From assembly GCF_009914755.1 (NCBI RefSeq), contig NC_060941.1: a stretch of 64,000 nucleotides of DNA, one strand, 5' to 3'. This document shows, piece after piece, positions 1-11,700 of the stretch. Position numbers and translations under genes: made by a program. Each line of letters begins with the position of its first letter. The stretch's first letter is position 1. The notes beneath the pieces were generated by a model. It saw nothing but the letters and a program-made list of their open reading frames with translations. It had not been told where the DNA came from and did not search any database. Source of the stretch: the human T2T-CHM13v2.0 reference genome, Homo sapiens.

Positions 1-154
1 GGGATAAACCGCACAGAACTAAACAGAAGCATTCTCAGAACCTTCTTCGTGATGTTTGCATTCAACTCACAGTGTTGAACCTTTCTTTGATAGTTCAGGT
101 TTGAAACGGTCTTTCTGTAGAAACTGCAAGTAGATATTTGGACCTCTCTGAGGA

Positions 155-171
155 TTTCGTTGGAAACGGGA
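155..171 (+). other. CENP-B box, intact (recurs per HOR; one box of this cluster is lost in the 15-mer)
   Basis: TTTCGTTGGAAACGGGA matches the essential core NTTCGNNNNANNCGGGN. Confidence 0.93.
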
Positions 172-322
172 TAACCCGCACAGAACTAAAACAGAAGCAT
201 TCTCAGAACCCTCTTCGTGATGTTTGCATTCAACTCACAGTGCTGAACCTTTCTTTGATAGTTCAGCTTTGAAACACTCTTTTTGTAGAAACTGCAAGTG
301 GATATTTGGTCCTCTCTGAGCA

Positions 323-339
323 TTTCGTTGGAAACGGGA
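323..339 (+). other. CENP-B box, intact (mutated in three downstream copies)
   Basis: TTTCGTTGGAAACGGGA. Confidence 0.93.
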
Positions 340-659
340 TAAACTGCACAGACCTAAACAGAAGCATTCTCAGAACCTTCTTCGTGATGTCTGCATTCAA
401 CTCACAGTGTGGAACCTTTCTTTGATAGTTCAGGTTTGAAACACTCTTTTTGTAGAAACTGCAAGGGGATAATTGCACTCTTTGAGGAGTACCGTAGTAA
501 AGGAAATAACTTCCTATAAAAAGAAGACAGAAGCTTTCTCAGAAAATTCTTTGGGATGATTGAGTTGAACTCACAGAGCTGAGCATTCCTTGTGATGTAG
601 CAGTTTAGAAACACACTTTCTGCAGAATCTGCAAGTGCATATTTGGACCTCTGTGAGGA

Positions 660-676
660 ATTCGTTGGAAACGGGA
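660..676 (+). other. CENP-B box overlapping the HOR-defining EcoRI site
   Basis: ATTCGTTGGAAACGGGA; GAATTC at 658-663. Confidence 0.9.
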
Positions 677-825
677 TAATTTCAGCTGACTAAACAGAAG
701 CAGTCTCAGAATCTTCTTTGTGATGTTTGCATTCAAATCCCCGAGTTGAACTTTCCTTTCAAAGTTCACGTTTGAAACACTCTTTTTGCAGGATCTACAA
801 GTGGATATTTGGACCACTCTGTGTC

Positions 826-842
826 CTTCGTTCGAAACGGGT
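826..842 (+). other. CENP-B box, variant at non-essential positions
   Basis: CTTCGTTCGAAACGGGT retains TTCG-N4-A-N2-CGGG. Confidence 0.85.
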
Positions 843-996
843 ATATCTTCACATGACATCTAGACAGAAGCATCCTCAGAAGCTTCTCTGTGATGACTGC
901 ATTCAACTCACGGAGTTGAACACTCCTTTTGAGAGCGCAGTTTTGAAACTCTCTTTCTGTGGCATCTGCAAGGGGACATGTAGACCTCTTTGAAGA

Positions 997-1013
997 TTTC
1001 GTTGGAAACGGAA
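997..1013 (+). other. Degenerate CENP-B box (CGGA instead of CGGG)
   Basis: TTTCGTTGGAAACGGAA; one core G is changed, so predicted non-binding or weak. Confidence 0.8.
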
Positions 1014-1509
1014 TCATCTTCACATAAAAACTATACAGATGCATTCTCAGGAACTTTTTGGTGATGTTTGTATTCAACTCCCAGAGTTGAACTTTCCTTT
1101 GGAAAGAGCAGCTATGAAACACTGTTTTTCTAGAATCTGCAAGTGGACGTTTGGAGGGCTTTGTGGTTTGTGGTGGAAAAGGAAATATCTTCACCTAAAT
1201 ACTAGATAGAAGCATTCTCAGAAACTGCTTTGTGATGATTGCATTCACCTCACAGAGTTGAACATTCCTATTGATAGAGCAGTTTGGAAACACTCTTGTT
1301 GTGGAATGTGCAAGTGGAGATTTGGAGCGCTTTGAGGCCTATGGTAGTAAAGGGAATAGCTTCATAGAAAAACTAGACAGAAGCATTCTCAGAAAATACT
1401 TTGTGATGATTGAGTTTAACTCACAGAGCTGAACATTCCTTTGGATGGAGCAGGTTTGAGACACACCTTTTGTAGAATCTACAAGTGGATATTTGGACCT
1501 CTCTGAGGA

Positions 1510-1526
1510 TTTCGTTGGAAACGGGA
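1510..1526 (+). other. CENP-B box, intact
   Basis: TTTCGTTGGAAACGGGA. Confidence 0.93.
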
Positions 1527-1675
1527 TAACTGCACCTAACTAAACGGAAGCATTCTCAGAAACTTCTTGGTGATGTTTGCATTCAAATCCCAGAGTTGAA
1601 CCTTCCTTTGATAGTTCAGGTTTGAAACACTCTTTTTGTAGGATCTGCAAGTGGATATTTGGACCACTCTGTGGC

Positions 1676-1692
1676 CTTCGTTCGAAACGGGT
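1676..1692 (+). other. CENP-B box, variant at non-essential positions
   Basis: CTTCGTTCGAAACGGGT retains the core. Confidence 0.85.
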
Positions 1693-1846
1693 ATATCTTC
1701 GCATAAAATCTAGACAGAAGCCTTCTCAGAAACTTCTCTGTGATGATTGCATTCAACTCACAGAGTTGAACCCTCCTATGGATAGAGCAGTGTTGAAACT
1801 CTCTTTTTGTGGAATCTGCAAGTGGATATGTGGACCTCTCCGAAGA

Positions 1847-1863
1847 TGTCTTTGGAAACGGGA
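1847..1863 (+). other. Degenerate CENP-B box (TTCG lost)
   Basis: TGTCTTTGGAAACGGGA; two core positions are changed. Confidence 0.8.
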
Positions 1864-2189
1864 ATATCTTCACATAAAAACTAAACAGAAGCATTCTCAG
1901 AAACTTCTCTGTGATGTTTGTGTTCAACTCCCAGAGTTTCACATTGCTTTTCATAGAGTAGTTCTGAAACATGCTTTTCGTAGTGTCTACAAGTGGACAT
2001 TTGGAGCGCTTTCAGGCCTGTGGTGGAAAACGAATTATGGTCACATAAAAACTGGAGAGAAGCATTGTCAGAAACTTCTTTGTGATGATTGCATTCAACT
2101 CACAGAGTTGAAGGTTCCTTTTCAAAGAGCAGTTTCCAATCACTCTTTCTGTGGAATCTGCAAGTGGATATTTGGACCTATTTTGAAGA

Positions 2190-2206
2190 TTTCGTTGGAA
2201 ACGGGA
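2190..2206 (+). other. CENP-B box, intact
   Basis: TTTCGTTGGAAACGGGA. Confidence 0.93.
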
Positions 2207-2702
2207 GAATCTTCACAGGAAAGCTAAACAGAAGCATTCTCAGAAACTTCTTTGTGATGCTTGCATTCAACTCACAGAGTTGAACTTTCCTTTCGAGAGA
2301 GAAGCTTTGAAACACTCTTTTTCCAGAATCTGCAAGTGGACATTTGGAGGGCTTTGAGGCCTGTGGTGGAAAAGGAATTATCTTCCCGTAAAAGCTAGAT
2401 AGAAGCATTCTCAGAAACTACTTTGTGATGATTGCATTCAAGTCACAGAGTTGAACATTCCCTTTGACAGAGCAGTTTGGAAACTCTCTTTGTGTAGAAT
2501 CTGCAAGTGGAGATATGGACCGCTTTGAGGCCTATGGTAGTAAAGGAAATAGCTTCATATAAAAGCTAGACAGTAGCATTCACAGAAAACTCTTGGTGAC
2601 GACTGAGTTTAACTCACAGAGCTGAACATTCCTTTGGATGGAGCAGTTTCGAAACACACTATTTGTAGAATGTGCAAGTGGATATTTAGGCCTCTCTGAG
2701 GA

Positions 2703-2719
2703 TTTCGTTGGAAACGGGA
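2703..2719 (+). other. CENP-B box, intact; first of three consecutive boxes (2703, 2870, 3038)
   Basis: TTTCGTTGGAAACGGGA. Confidence 0.93.
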
Positions 2720-5700
2720 TAAACCGCACAGAACTAAACAGAAGCATTCTCAGAACCTTCTTCGTGATGTTTGCATTCAACTCACAGTGTTGAACCTTTC
2801 TTTGATAGTTCAGGTTTGAAACGGTCTTTCTGTAGAAACTGCAAGTAGATATTTGGACCTCTCTGAGGATTTCGTTGGAAACGGGATAACCCGCACAGAA
2901 CTAAAACAGAAGCATTCTCAGAACCCTCTTCGTGATGTTTGCATTCAACTCACAGTGCTGAACCTTTCTTTGATAGTTCAGCTTTGAAACACTCTTTTTG
3001 TAGAAACTGCAAGTGGATATTTGGTCCTCTCTGAGCATTTCGTTGGAAACGGGATAAACTGCACAGACCTAAACAGAAGCATTCTCAGAACCTTCTTCGT
3101 GATGTCTGCATTCAACTCACAGTGTGGAACCTTTCTTTGATAGTTCAGGTTTGAAACACTCTTTTTGTAGAAACTGCAAGGGGATAATTGCACTCTTTGA
3201 GGAGTACCGTAGTAAAGGAAATAACTTCCTATAAAAAGAAGACAGAAGCTTTCTCAGAAAATTCTTTGGGATGATTGAGTTGAACTCACAGAGCTGAGCA
3301 TTCCTTGTGATGTAGCAGTTTAGAAACACACTTTCTGCAGAATCTGCAAGTGCATATTTGGACCTCTGTGAGGAATTCGTTGGAAACGGGATAATTTCAG
3401 CTGACTAAACAGAAGCAGTCTCAGAATCTTCTTTGTGATGTTTGCATTCAAATCCCCGAGTTGAACTTTCCTTTCAAAGTTCACGTTTGAAACACTCTTT
3501 TTGCAGGATCTACAAGTGGATATTTGGACCACTCTGTGTCCTTCGTTCGAAACGGGTATATCTTCACATGACATCTAGACAGAAGCATCCTCAGAAGCTT
3601 CTCTGTGATGACTGCATTCAACTCACGGAGTTGAACACTCCTTTTGAGAGCGCAGTTTTGAAACTCTCTTTCTGTGGCATCTGCAAGGGGACATGTAGAC
3701 CTCTTTGAAGATTTCGTTGGAAACGGAATCATCTTCACATAAAAACTACACAGATGCATTCTCAGGAACTTTTTGGTGATGTTTGTATTCAACTCCCAGA
3801 GTTGAACTTTCCTTTGGAAAGAGCAGCTATGAAACACTGTTTTTCTAGAATCTGCAAGTGGACGTTTGGAGGGCTTTGTGGTTTGTGGTGGAAAAGGAAA
3901 TATCTTCACCTAAATACTAGATAGAAGCATTCTCAGAAACTGCTTTGTGATGATTGCATTCACCTCACAGAGTTGAACATTCCTATTGATAGAGCAGTTT
4001 GGAAACACTCTTGTTGTGGAATGTGCAAGTGGAGATTTGGAGCGCTTTGAGGCCTATGGTAGTAAAGGGAATAGCTTCATAGAAAAACTAGACAGAAGCA
4101 TTCTCAGAAAATACTTTGTGATGATTGAGTTTAACTCACAGAGCTGAACATTCCTTTGGATGGAGCAGGTTTGAGACACACTTTTTGTAGAATCTACAAG
4201 TGGATATTTGGACCTCTCTGAGGATTTCGTTGGAAACGGGATAACTGCACCTAACTAAACGGAAGCATTCTCAGAAACTTCTTGGTGATGTTTGCATTCA
4301 AATCCCAGAGTTGAACCTTCCTTTGATAGTTCAGGTTTGAAACACTCTTTTTGTAGGATCTGCAAGTGGATATTTGGACCACTCTGTGGCCTTCGTTCGA
4401 AACGGGTATATCTTCGCATAAAATCTAGACAGAAGCCTTCTCAGAAACTTCTCTGTGATGATTGCATTCAACTCACAGAGTTGAACCCTCCTATGGATAG
4501 AGCAGTGTTGAAACTCTCTTTTTGTGGAATCTGCAAGTGGATATGTGGACCTCTCCGAAGATGTCTTTGGAAACGGGAATATCTTCACATAAAAACTAAA
4601 CAGAAGCATTCTCAGAAACTTCTCTGTGATGTTTGTGTTCAACTCCCAGAGTTTCACATTGCTTTTCATAGAGTAGTTCTGAAACATGCTTTTCGTAGTG
4701 TCTACAAGTGGACATTTGGAGCGCTTTCAGGCCTGTGGTGGAAAACGAATTATGGTCACATAAAAACTGGAGAGAAGCATTGTCAGAAACTTCTTTGTGA
4801 TGATTGCATTCAACTCACAGAGTTGAAGGTTCCTTTTCAAAGAGCAGTTTCCAATCACTCTTTGTGTGGAATCTGCAAGTGGATATTTGGACCTATTTTG
4901 AAGATTTCGTTGGAAACGGGAGAATCTTCACAGGAAAGCTAAACAGAAGCATTCTCAGAAACTTCTTTGTGATGCTTGCATTCAACTCACAGAGTTGAAC
5001 TTTCCTTTCGAGAGAGAAGCTTTGAAACACTCTTTTTCCAGAATCTGCAAGTGGACATTTGGAGGGCTTTGAGGCCTGTGGTGGAAAAGGAATTATCTTC
5101 CCGTAAAAGCTAGATAGAAGCATTCTCAGAAACTACTTTGTGATGATTGCATTCAAGTCACAGAGTTGAACATTCCCTTTGACAGAGCAGTTTGGAAACT
5201 CTCTTTGTGTAGAATCTGCAAGTGGAGATATGGACCGCTTTGAGGCCTATGGTAGTAAAGGAAATAGCTTCATATAAAAGCTAGACAGTAGCATTCACAG
5301 AAAACTCTTGGTGACGACTGAGTTTAACTCACAGAGCTGAACATTCCTTTGGATGGAGCAGTTTCGAAACACACTATTTGTAGAATGTGCAAGTGGATAT
5401 TTAGGCCTCTCTGAGGATTTCGTTGGAAACGGGATAAACCGCACAGAACTAAACAGAAGCATTCTCAGAACCTTCTTCGTGATGTTTGCATTCAACTCAC
5501 AGTGTTGAACCTTTCTTTGATAGTTCAGGTTTGAAACGGTCTTTCTGTAGAAACTGCAAGTAGATATTTGGACCTCTCTGAGGATTTCGTTGGAAACGGG
5601 ATAACCCGCACAGAACTAAAACAGAAGCATTCTCAGAACCCTCTTCGTGATGTTTGCATTCAACTCACAGTGCTGAACCTTTCTTTGATAGTTCAGCTTT

Positions 5701-8700
5701 GAAACACTCTTTTTGTAGAAACTGCAAGTGGATATTTGGTCCTCTCTGAGCATTTCGTTGGAAACGGGATAAACTGCACAGAACTAAACAGAAGCATTCT
5801 CAGAACCTTCTTCGTGATGTCTGCATTCAACTCACAGTGTGGAACCTTTCTTTGATAGTTCAGGTTTGAAACACTCTTTTTGTAGAAACTGCAAGGGGAT
5901 AATTGCACTCTTTGAGGAGTACCGTAGTAAAGGAAATAACTTCCTATAAAAAGAAGACAGAAGCTTTCTCAGAAAATTCTTTGGGATGATTGAGTTGAAC
6001 TCACAGAGCTGAGCATTCCTTGCGATGTAGCAGTTTAGAAACACACTTTCTGCAGAATCTGCAAGTGCATATTTGGACCTCTGTGAGGAATTCGTTGGAA
6101 ACGGGATAATTTCAGCTGACTAAACAGAAGCAGTCTCAGAATCTTCTTTGTGATGTTTGCATTCAAATCCCCGAGTTGAACTTTCCTTTCAAAGTTCACG
6201 TTTGAAACACTCTTTTTGCAGGATCTACAAGTGGATATTTGGACCACTCTGTGTCCTTCGTTCGAAACGGGTATATCTTCACATGACATCTAGACAGAAG
6301 CATCCTCAGAAGCTTCTCTGTGATGACTGCATTCAACTCACGGAGTTGAACACTCCTTTTGAGAGCGCAGTTTTGAAACTCTCTTTCTGTGGCATCTGCA
6401 AGGGGACATGTAGACCTCTTTGAAGATTTCGTTGGAAACGGAATCATCTTCACATAAAAACTACACAGATGCATTCTCAGGAACTTTTTGGTGATGTTTG
6501 TATTCAACTCCCAGAGTTGAACTTTCCTTTGGAAAGAGCAGCTATGAAACACTGTTTTTCTAGAATCTGCAAGTGGACGTTTGGAGGGCTTTGTGGTTTG
6601 TGGTGGAAAAGGAAATATCTTCACCTAAATACTAGATAGAAGCATTCTCAGAAACTGCTTTGTGATGATTGCATTCACCTCACAGAGTTGAACATTCCTA
6701 TTGATAGAGCAGTTTGGAAACACTCTTGTTGTGGAATGTGCAAGTGGAGATTTGGAGCGCTTTGAGGCCTATGGTAGTAAAGGGAATAGCTTCATAGAAA
6801 AACTAGACAGAAGCATTCTCAGAAAATACTTTGTGATGATTGAGTTTAACTCACAGAGCTGAACATTCCTTTGGATGGAGCAGGTTTGAGACACACTTTT
6901 TGTAGAATCTACAAGTGGATATTTGGACCTCTCTGAGGATTTCGTTGGAAACGGGATAACTGCACCTAACTAAACGGAAGCATTCTCAGAAACTTCTTGG
7001 TGATGTTTGCATTCAAATCCCAGAGTTGAACCTTCCTTTGATAGTTCAGGTTTGAAACACTCTTTTTGTAGGATCTGCAAGTGGATATTTGGACCACTCT
7101 GTGGCCTTCGTTCGAAACGGGTATATCTTCGCATAAAATCTAGACAGAAGCCTTCTCAGAAACTTCTCTGTGATGATTGCATTCAACTCACAGAGTTGAA
7201 CCCTCCTATGGATAGAGCAGTGTTGAAACTCTCTTTTTGTGGAATCTGCAAGTGGATATGTGGACCTCTCCGAAGATGTCTTTGGAAACGGGAATATCTT
7301 CACATAAAAACTAAACAGAAGCATTCTCAGAAACTTCTCTGTGATGTTTGTGTTCAACTCCCAGAGTTTCACATTGCTTTTCATAGAGTAGTTCTGAAAC
7401 ATGCTTTTCGTAGTGTCTACAAGTGGACATTTGGAGCGCTTTCAGGCCTGTGGTGGAAAACGAATTATGGTCACATAAAAACTGGAGAGAAGCATTGTCA
7501 GAAACTTCTTTGTGATGATTGCATTCAACTCACAGAGTTGAAGGTTCCTTTTCAAAGAGCAGTTTCCAATCACTCTTTGTGTGGAATCTGCAAGTGGATA
7601 TTTGGACCTATTTTGAAGATTTCGTTGGAAACGGGAGAATCTTCACAGGAAAGCTAAACAGAAGCATTCTCAGAAACTTCTTTGTGATGCTTGCATTCAA
7701 CTCACAGAGTTGAACTTTCCTTTCGAGAGAGAAGCTTTGAAACACTCTTTTTCCAGAATCTGCAAGTGGACATTTGGAGGGCTTTGAGGCCTGTGGTGGA
7801 AAAGGAATTATCTTCCCGTTAAAGCTAGATAGAAGCATTCTCAGAAACTACTTTGTGATGATTGCATTCAAGTCACAGAGTTGAACATTCCCTTTGACAG
7901 AGCAGTTTGGAAACTCTCTTTGTGTAGAATCTGCAAGTGGAGATATGGACCGCTTTGAGGCCTATGGTAGTAAAGGAAATAGCTTCATATAAAAGCTAGA
8001 CAGTAGCATTCACAGAAAACTCTTGGTGACGACTGAGTTTAACTCACAGAGCTGAACATTCCTTTGGATGGAGCAGTTTCGAAACACACTATTTGTAGAA
8101 TGTGCAAGTGGATATTTAGGCCTCTCTGAGGATTTCGTTGGAAACGGGATAAACCGCACAGAACTAAACAGAAGCATTCTCAGAACCTTCTTCGTGATGT
8201 TTGCATTCAACTCACAGTGTTGAACCTTTCTTTGATAGTTCAGGTTTGAAACGGTCTTTCTGTAGAAACTGCAAGTAGATATTTGGACCTCTCTGAGGAT
8301 TTCGTTGGAAACGGGATAACCCGCACAGAACTAAAACAGAAGCATTCTCAGAACCCTCTTCGTGATGTTTGCATTCAACTCACAGTGCTGAACCTTTCTT
8401 TGATAGTTCAGCTTTGAAACACTCTTTTTGTAGAAACTGCAAGTGGATATTTGGTCCTCTCTGAGCATTTCGTTGGAAACGGGATAAACTGCACAGAACT
8501 AAACAGAAGCATTCTCAGAACCTTCTTCGTGATGTCTGCATTCAACTCACAGTGTGGAACCTTTCTTTGATAGTTCAGGTTTGAAACACTCTTTTTGTAG
8601 AAACTGCAAGGGGATAATTGCACTCTTTGAGGAGTACCGTAGTAAAGGAAATAACTTCCTATAAAAAGAAGACAGAAGCTTTCTCAGAAAATTCTTTGGG

Positions 8701-11700
8701 ATGATTGAGTTGAACTCACAGAGCTGAGCATTCCTTGCGATGTAGCAGTTTAGAAACACACTTTCTGCAGAATCTGCAAGTGCATATTTGGACCTCTGTG
8801 AGGAATTCGTTGGAAACGGGATAATTTCAGCTGACTAAACAGAAGCAGTCTCAGAATCTTCTTTGTGATGTTTGCATTCAAATCCCCGAGTTGAACTTTC
8901 CTTTCAAAGTTCACGTTTGAAACACTCTTTTTGCAGGATCTACAAGTGGATATTTGGACCACTCTGTGTCCTTCGTTCGAAACGGGTATATCTTCACATG
9001 ACATCTAGACAGAAGCATCCTCAGAAGCTTCTCTGTGATGACTGCATTCAACTCACGGAGTTGAACACTCCTTTTGAGAGCGCAGTTTTGAAACTCTCTT
9101 TCTGTGGCATCTGCAAGGGGACATGTAGACCTCTTTGAAGATTTCGTTGGAAACGGAATCATCTTCACATAAAAACTACACAGATGCATTCTCAGGAACT
9201 TTTTGGTGATGTTTGTATTCAACTCCCAGAGTTGAACTTTCCTTTGGAAAGAGCAGCTATGAAACACTGTTTTTCTAGAATCTGCAAGTGGACGTTTGGA
9301 GGGCTTTGTGGTTTGTGGTGGAAAAGGAAATATCTTCACCTAAATACTAGATAGAAGCATTCTCAGAAACTGCTTTGTGATGATTGCATTCACCTCACAG
9401 AGTTGAACATTCCTATTGATAGAGCAGTTTGGAAACACTCTTGTTGTGGAATGTGCAAGTGGAGATTTGGAGCGCTTTGAGGCCTATGGTAGTAAAGGGA
9501 ATAGCTTCATAGAAAAACTAGACAGAAGCATTCTCAGAAAATACTTTGTGATGATTGAGTTTAACTCACAGAGCTGAACATTCCTTTGGATGGAGCAGGT
9601 TTGAGACACACTTTTTGTAGAATCTACAAGTGGATATTTGGACCTCTCTGAGGATTTCGTTGGAAACGGGATAACTGCACCTAACTAAACGGAAGCATTC
9701 TCAGAAACTTCTTGGTGATGTTTGCATTCAAATCCCAGAGTTGAACCTTCCTTTGATAGTTCAGGTTTGAAACACTCTTTTTGTAGGATCTGCAAGTGGA
9801 TATTTGGACCACTCTGTGGCCTTCGTTCGAAACGGGTATATCTTCGCATAAAATCTAGACAGAAGCCTTCTCAGAAACTTCTCTGTGATGATTGCATTCA
9901 ACTCACAGAGTTGAACCCTCCTATGGATAGAGCAGTGTTGAAACTCTCTTTTTGTGGAATCTGCAAGTGGATATGTGGACCTCTCCGAAGATGTCTTTGG
10001 AAACGGGAATATCTTCACATAAAAACTAAACAGAAGCATTCTCAGAAACTTCTCTGTGATGTTTGTGTTCAACTCCCAGAGTTTCACATTGCTTTTCATA
10101 GAGTAGTTCTGAAACATGCTTTTCGTAGTGTCTACAAGTGGACATTTGGAGCGCTTTCAGGCCTGTGGTGGAAAACGAATTATGGTCACATAAAAACTGG
10201 AGAGAAGCATTGTCAGAAACTTCTTTGTGATGATTGCATTCAACTCACAGAGTTGAAGGTTCCTTTTCAAAGAGCAGTTTCCAATCACTCTTTGTGTGGA
10301 ATCTGCAAGTGGATATTTGGACCTATTTTGAAGATTTCGTTGGAAACGGGAGAATCTTCACAGGAAAGCTAAACAGAAGCATTCTCAGAAACTTCTTTGT
10401 GATGCTTGCATTCAACTCACAGAGTTGAACTTTCCTTTCGAGAGAGAAGCTTTGAAACACTCTTTTTCCAGAATCTGCAAGTGGACATTTGGAGGGCTTT
10501 GAGGCCTGTGGTGGAAAAGGAATTATCTTCCCGTAAAAGCTAGATAGAAGCATTCTCAGAAACTACTTTGTGATGATTGCATTCAAGTCACAGAGTTGAA
10601 CATTCCCTTTGACAGAGCAGTTTGGAAACTCTCTTTGTGTAGAATCTGCAAGTGGAGATATGGACCGCTTTGAGGCCTATGGTAGTAAAGGAAATAGCTT
10701 CATATAAAAGCTAGACAGTAGCATTCACAGAAAACTCTTGGTGACGACTGAGTTTAACTCACAGAGCTGAACATTCCTTTGGATGGAGCAGTTTCGAAAC
10801 ACACTATTTGTAGAATGTGCAAGTGGATATTTAGGCCTCTCTGAGGATTTCGTTGGAAACGGGATAAACCGCACAGAACTAAACAGAAGCATTCTCAGAA
10901 CCTTCTTCGTGATGTTTGCATTCAACTCACAGTGTTGAACCTTTCTTTGATAGTTCAGGTTTGAAACGGTCTTTCTGTAGAAACTGCAAGTAGATATTTG
11001 GACCTCTCTGAGGATTTCGTTGGAAACGGGATAACCCGCACAGAACTAAAACAGAAGCATTCTCAGAACCCTCTTCGTGATGTTTGCATTCAACTCACAG
11101 TGCTGAACCTTTCTTTGATAGTTCAGCTTTGAAACACTCTTTTTGTAGAAACTGCAAGTGGATATTTGGTCCTCTCTGAGCATTTCGTTGGAAACGGGAT
11201 AAACTGCACAGACCTAAACAGAAGCATTCTCAGAACCTTCTTCGTGATGTCTGCATTCAACTCACAGTGTGGAACCTTTCTTTGATAGTTCAGGTTTGAA
11301 ACACTCTTTTTGTAGAAACTGCAAGGGGATAATTGCACTCTTTGAGGAGTACCGTAGTAAAGGAAATAACTTCCTATAAAAAGAAGACAGAAGCTTTCTC
11401 AGAAAATTCTTTGGGATGATTGAGTTGAACTCACAGAGCTGAGCATTCCTTGCGATGTAGCAGTTTAGAAACACACTTTCTGCAGAATCTGCAAGTGCAT
11501 ATTTGGACCTCTGTGAGGAATTCGTTGGAAACGGGATAATTTCAGCTGACTAAACAGAAGCAGTCTCAGAATCTTCTTTGTGATGTTTGCATTCAAATCC
11601 CCGAGTTGAACTTTCCTTTCAAAGTTCACGTTTGAAACACTCTTTTTGCAGGATCTACAAGTGGATATTTGGACCACTCTGTGTCCTTCGTTCGAAACGG

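Larger units (their letters stand above)
30..2744 (+). repeat. One complete 16-monomer HOR in monomer phase
   Basis: Monomer starts (CATTCTCAG-equivalent) at 30, 198, 365, 534, 701, 871, 1042, 1213, 1384, 1551, 1721, 1892, 2063, 2235, 2406, 2577; next unit starts at 2745. Lengths are 167-172 bp and sum to 2,715. Confidence 0.95.

Noticed and set aside
515-522. TATAAAAA TATA-like motif once per HOR
   Set aside because: It sits at the position of the ordinary CATAAAAA monomer motif in AT-rich satellite; there is no other promoter evidence in the sequence.
1577-2227. 216 aa ORF repeated in every unit, plus the 60-142 aa ORFs on both strands
   Set aside because: It is a translation of alpha satellite: it starts at TTG, its ~57 aa internal periodicity is just the 171 bp monomer, it overlaps ORFs on both strands, and it has no recognisable domain. 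Apparent conservation reflects array homogenisation.
2646-2655. 10 bp palindrome GTTTCGAAAC
   Set aside because: Too short to support a cruciform or terminator call, and it is a one-base variant of the usual GTTTGGAAAC/GTTTAGAAAC monomer motif.
155-2719. Recurrent TTCGTTGGAAACGGGA motif with intervening sequence, superficially CRISPR-like
   Set aside because: These are CENP-B boxes. The intervening sequences are homologous ~150 bp monomer bodies rather than unique spacers, and there are no cas genes.
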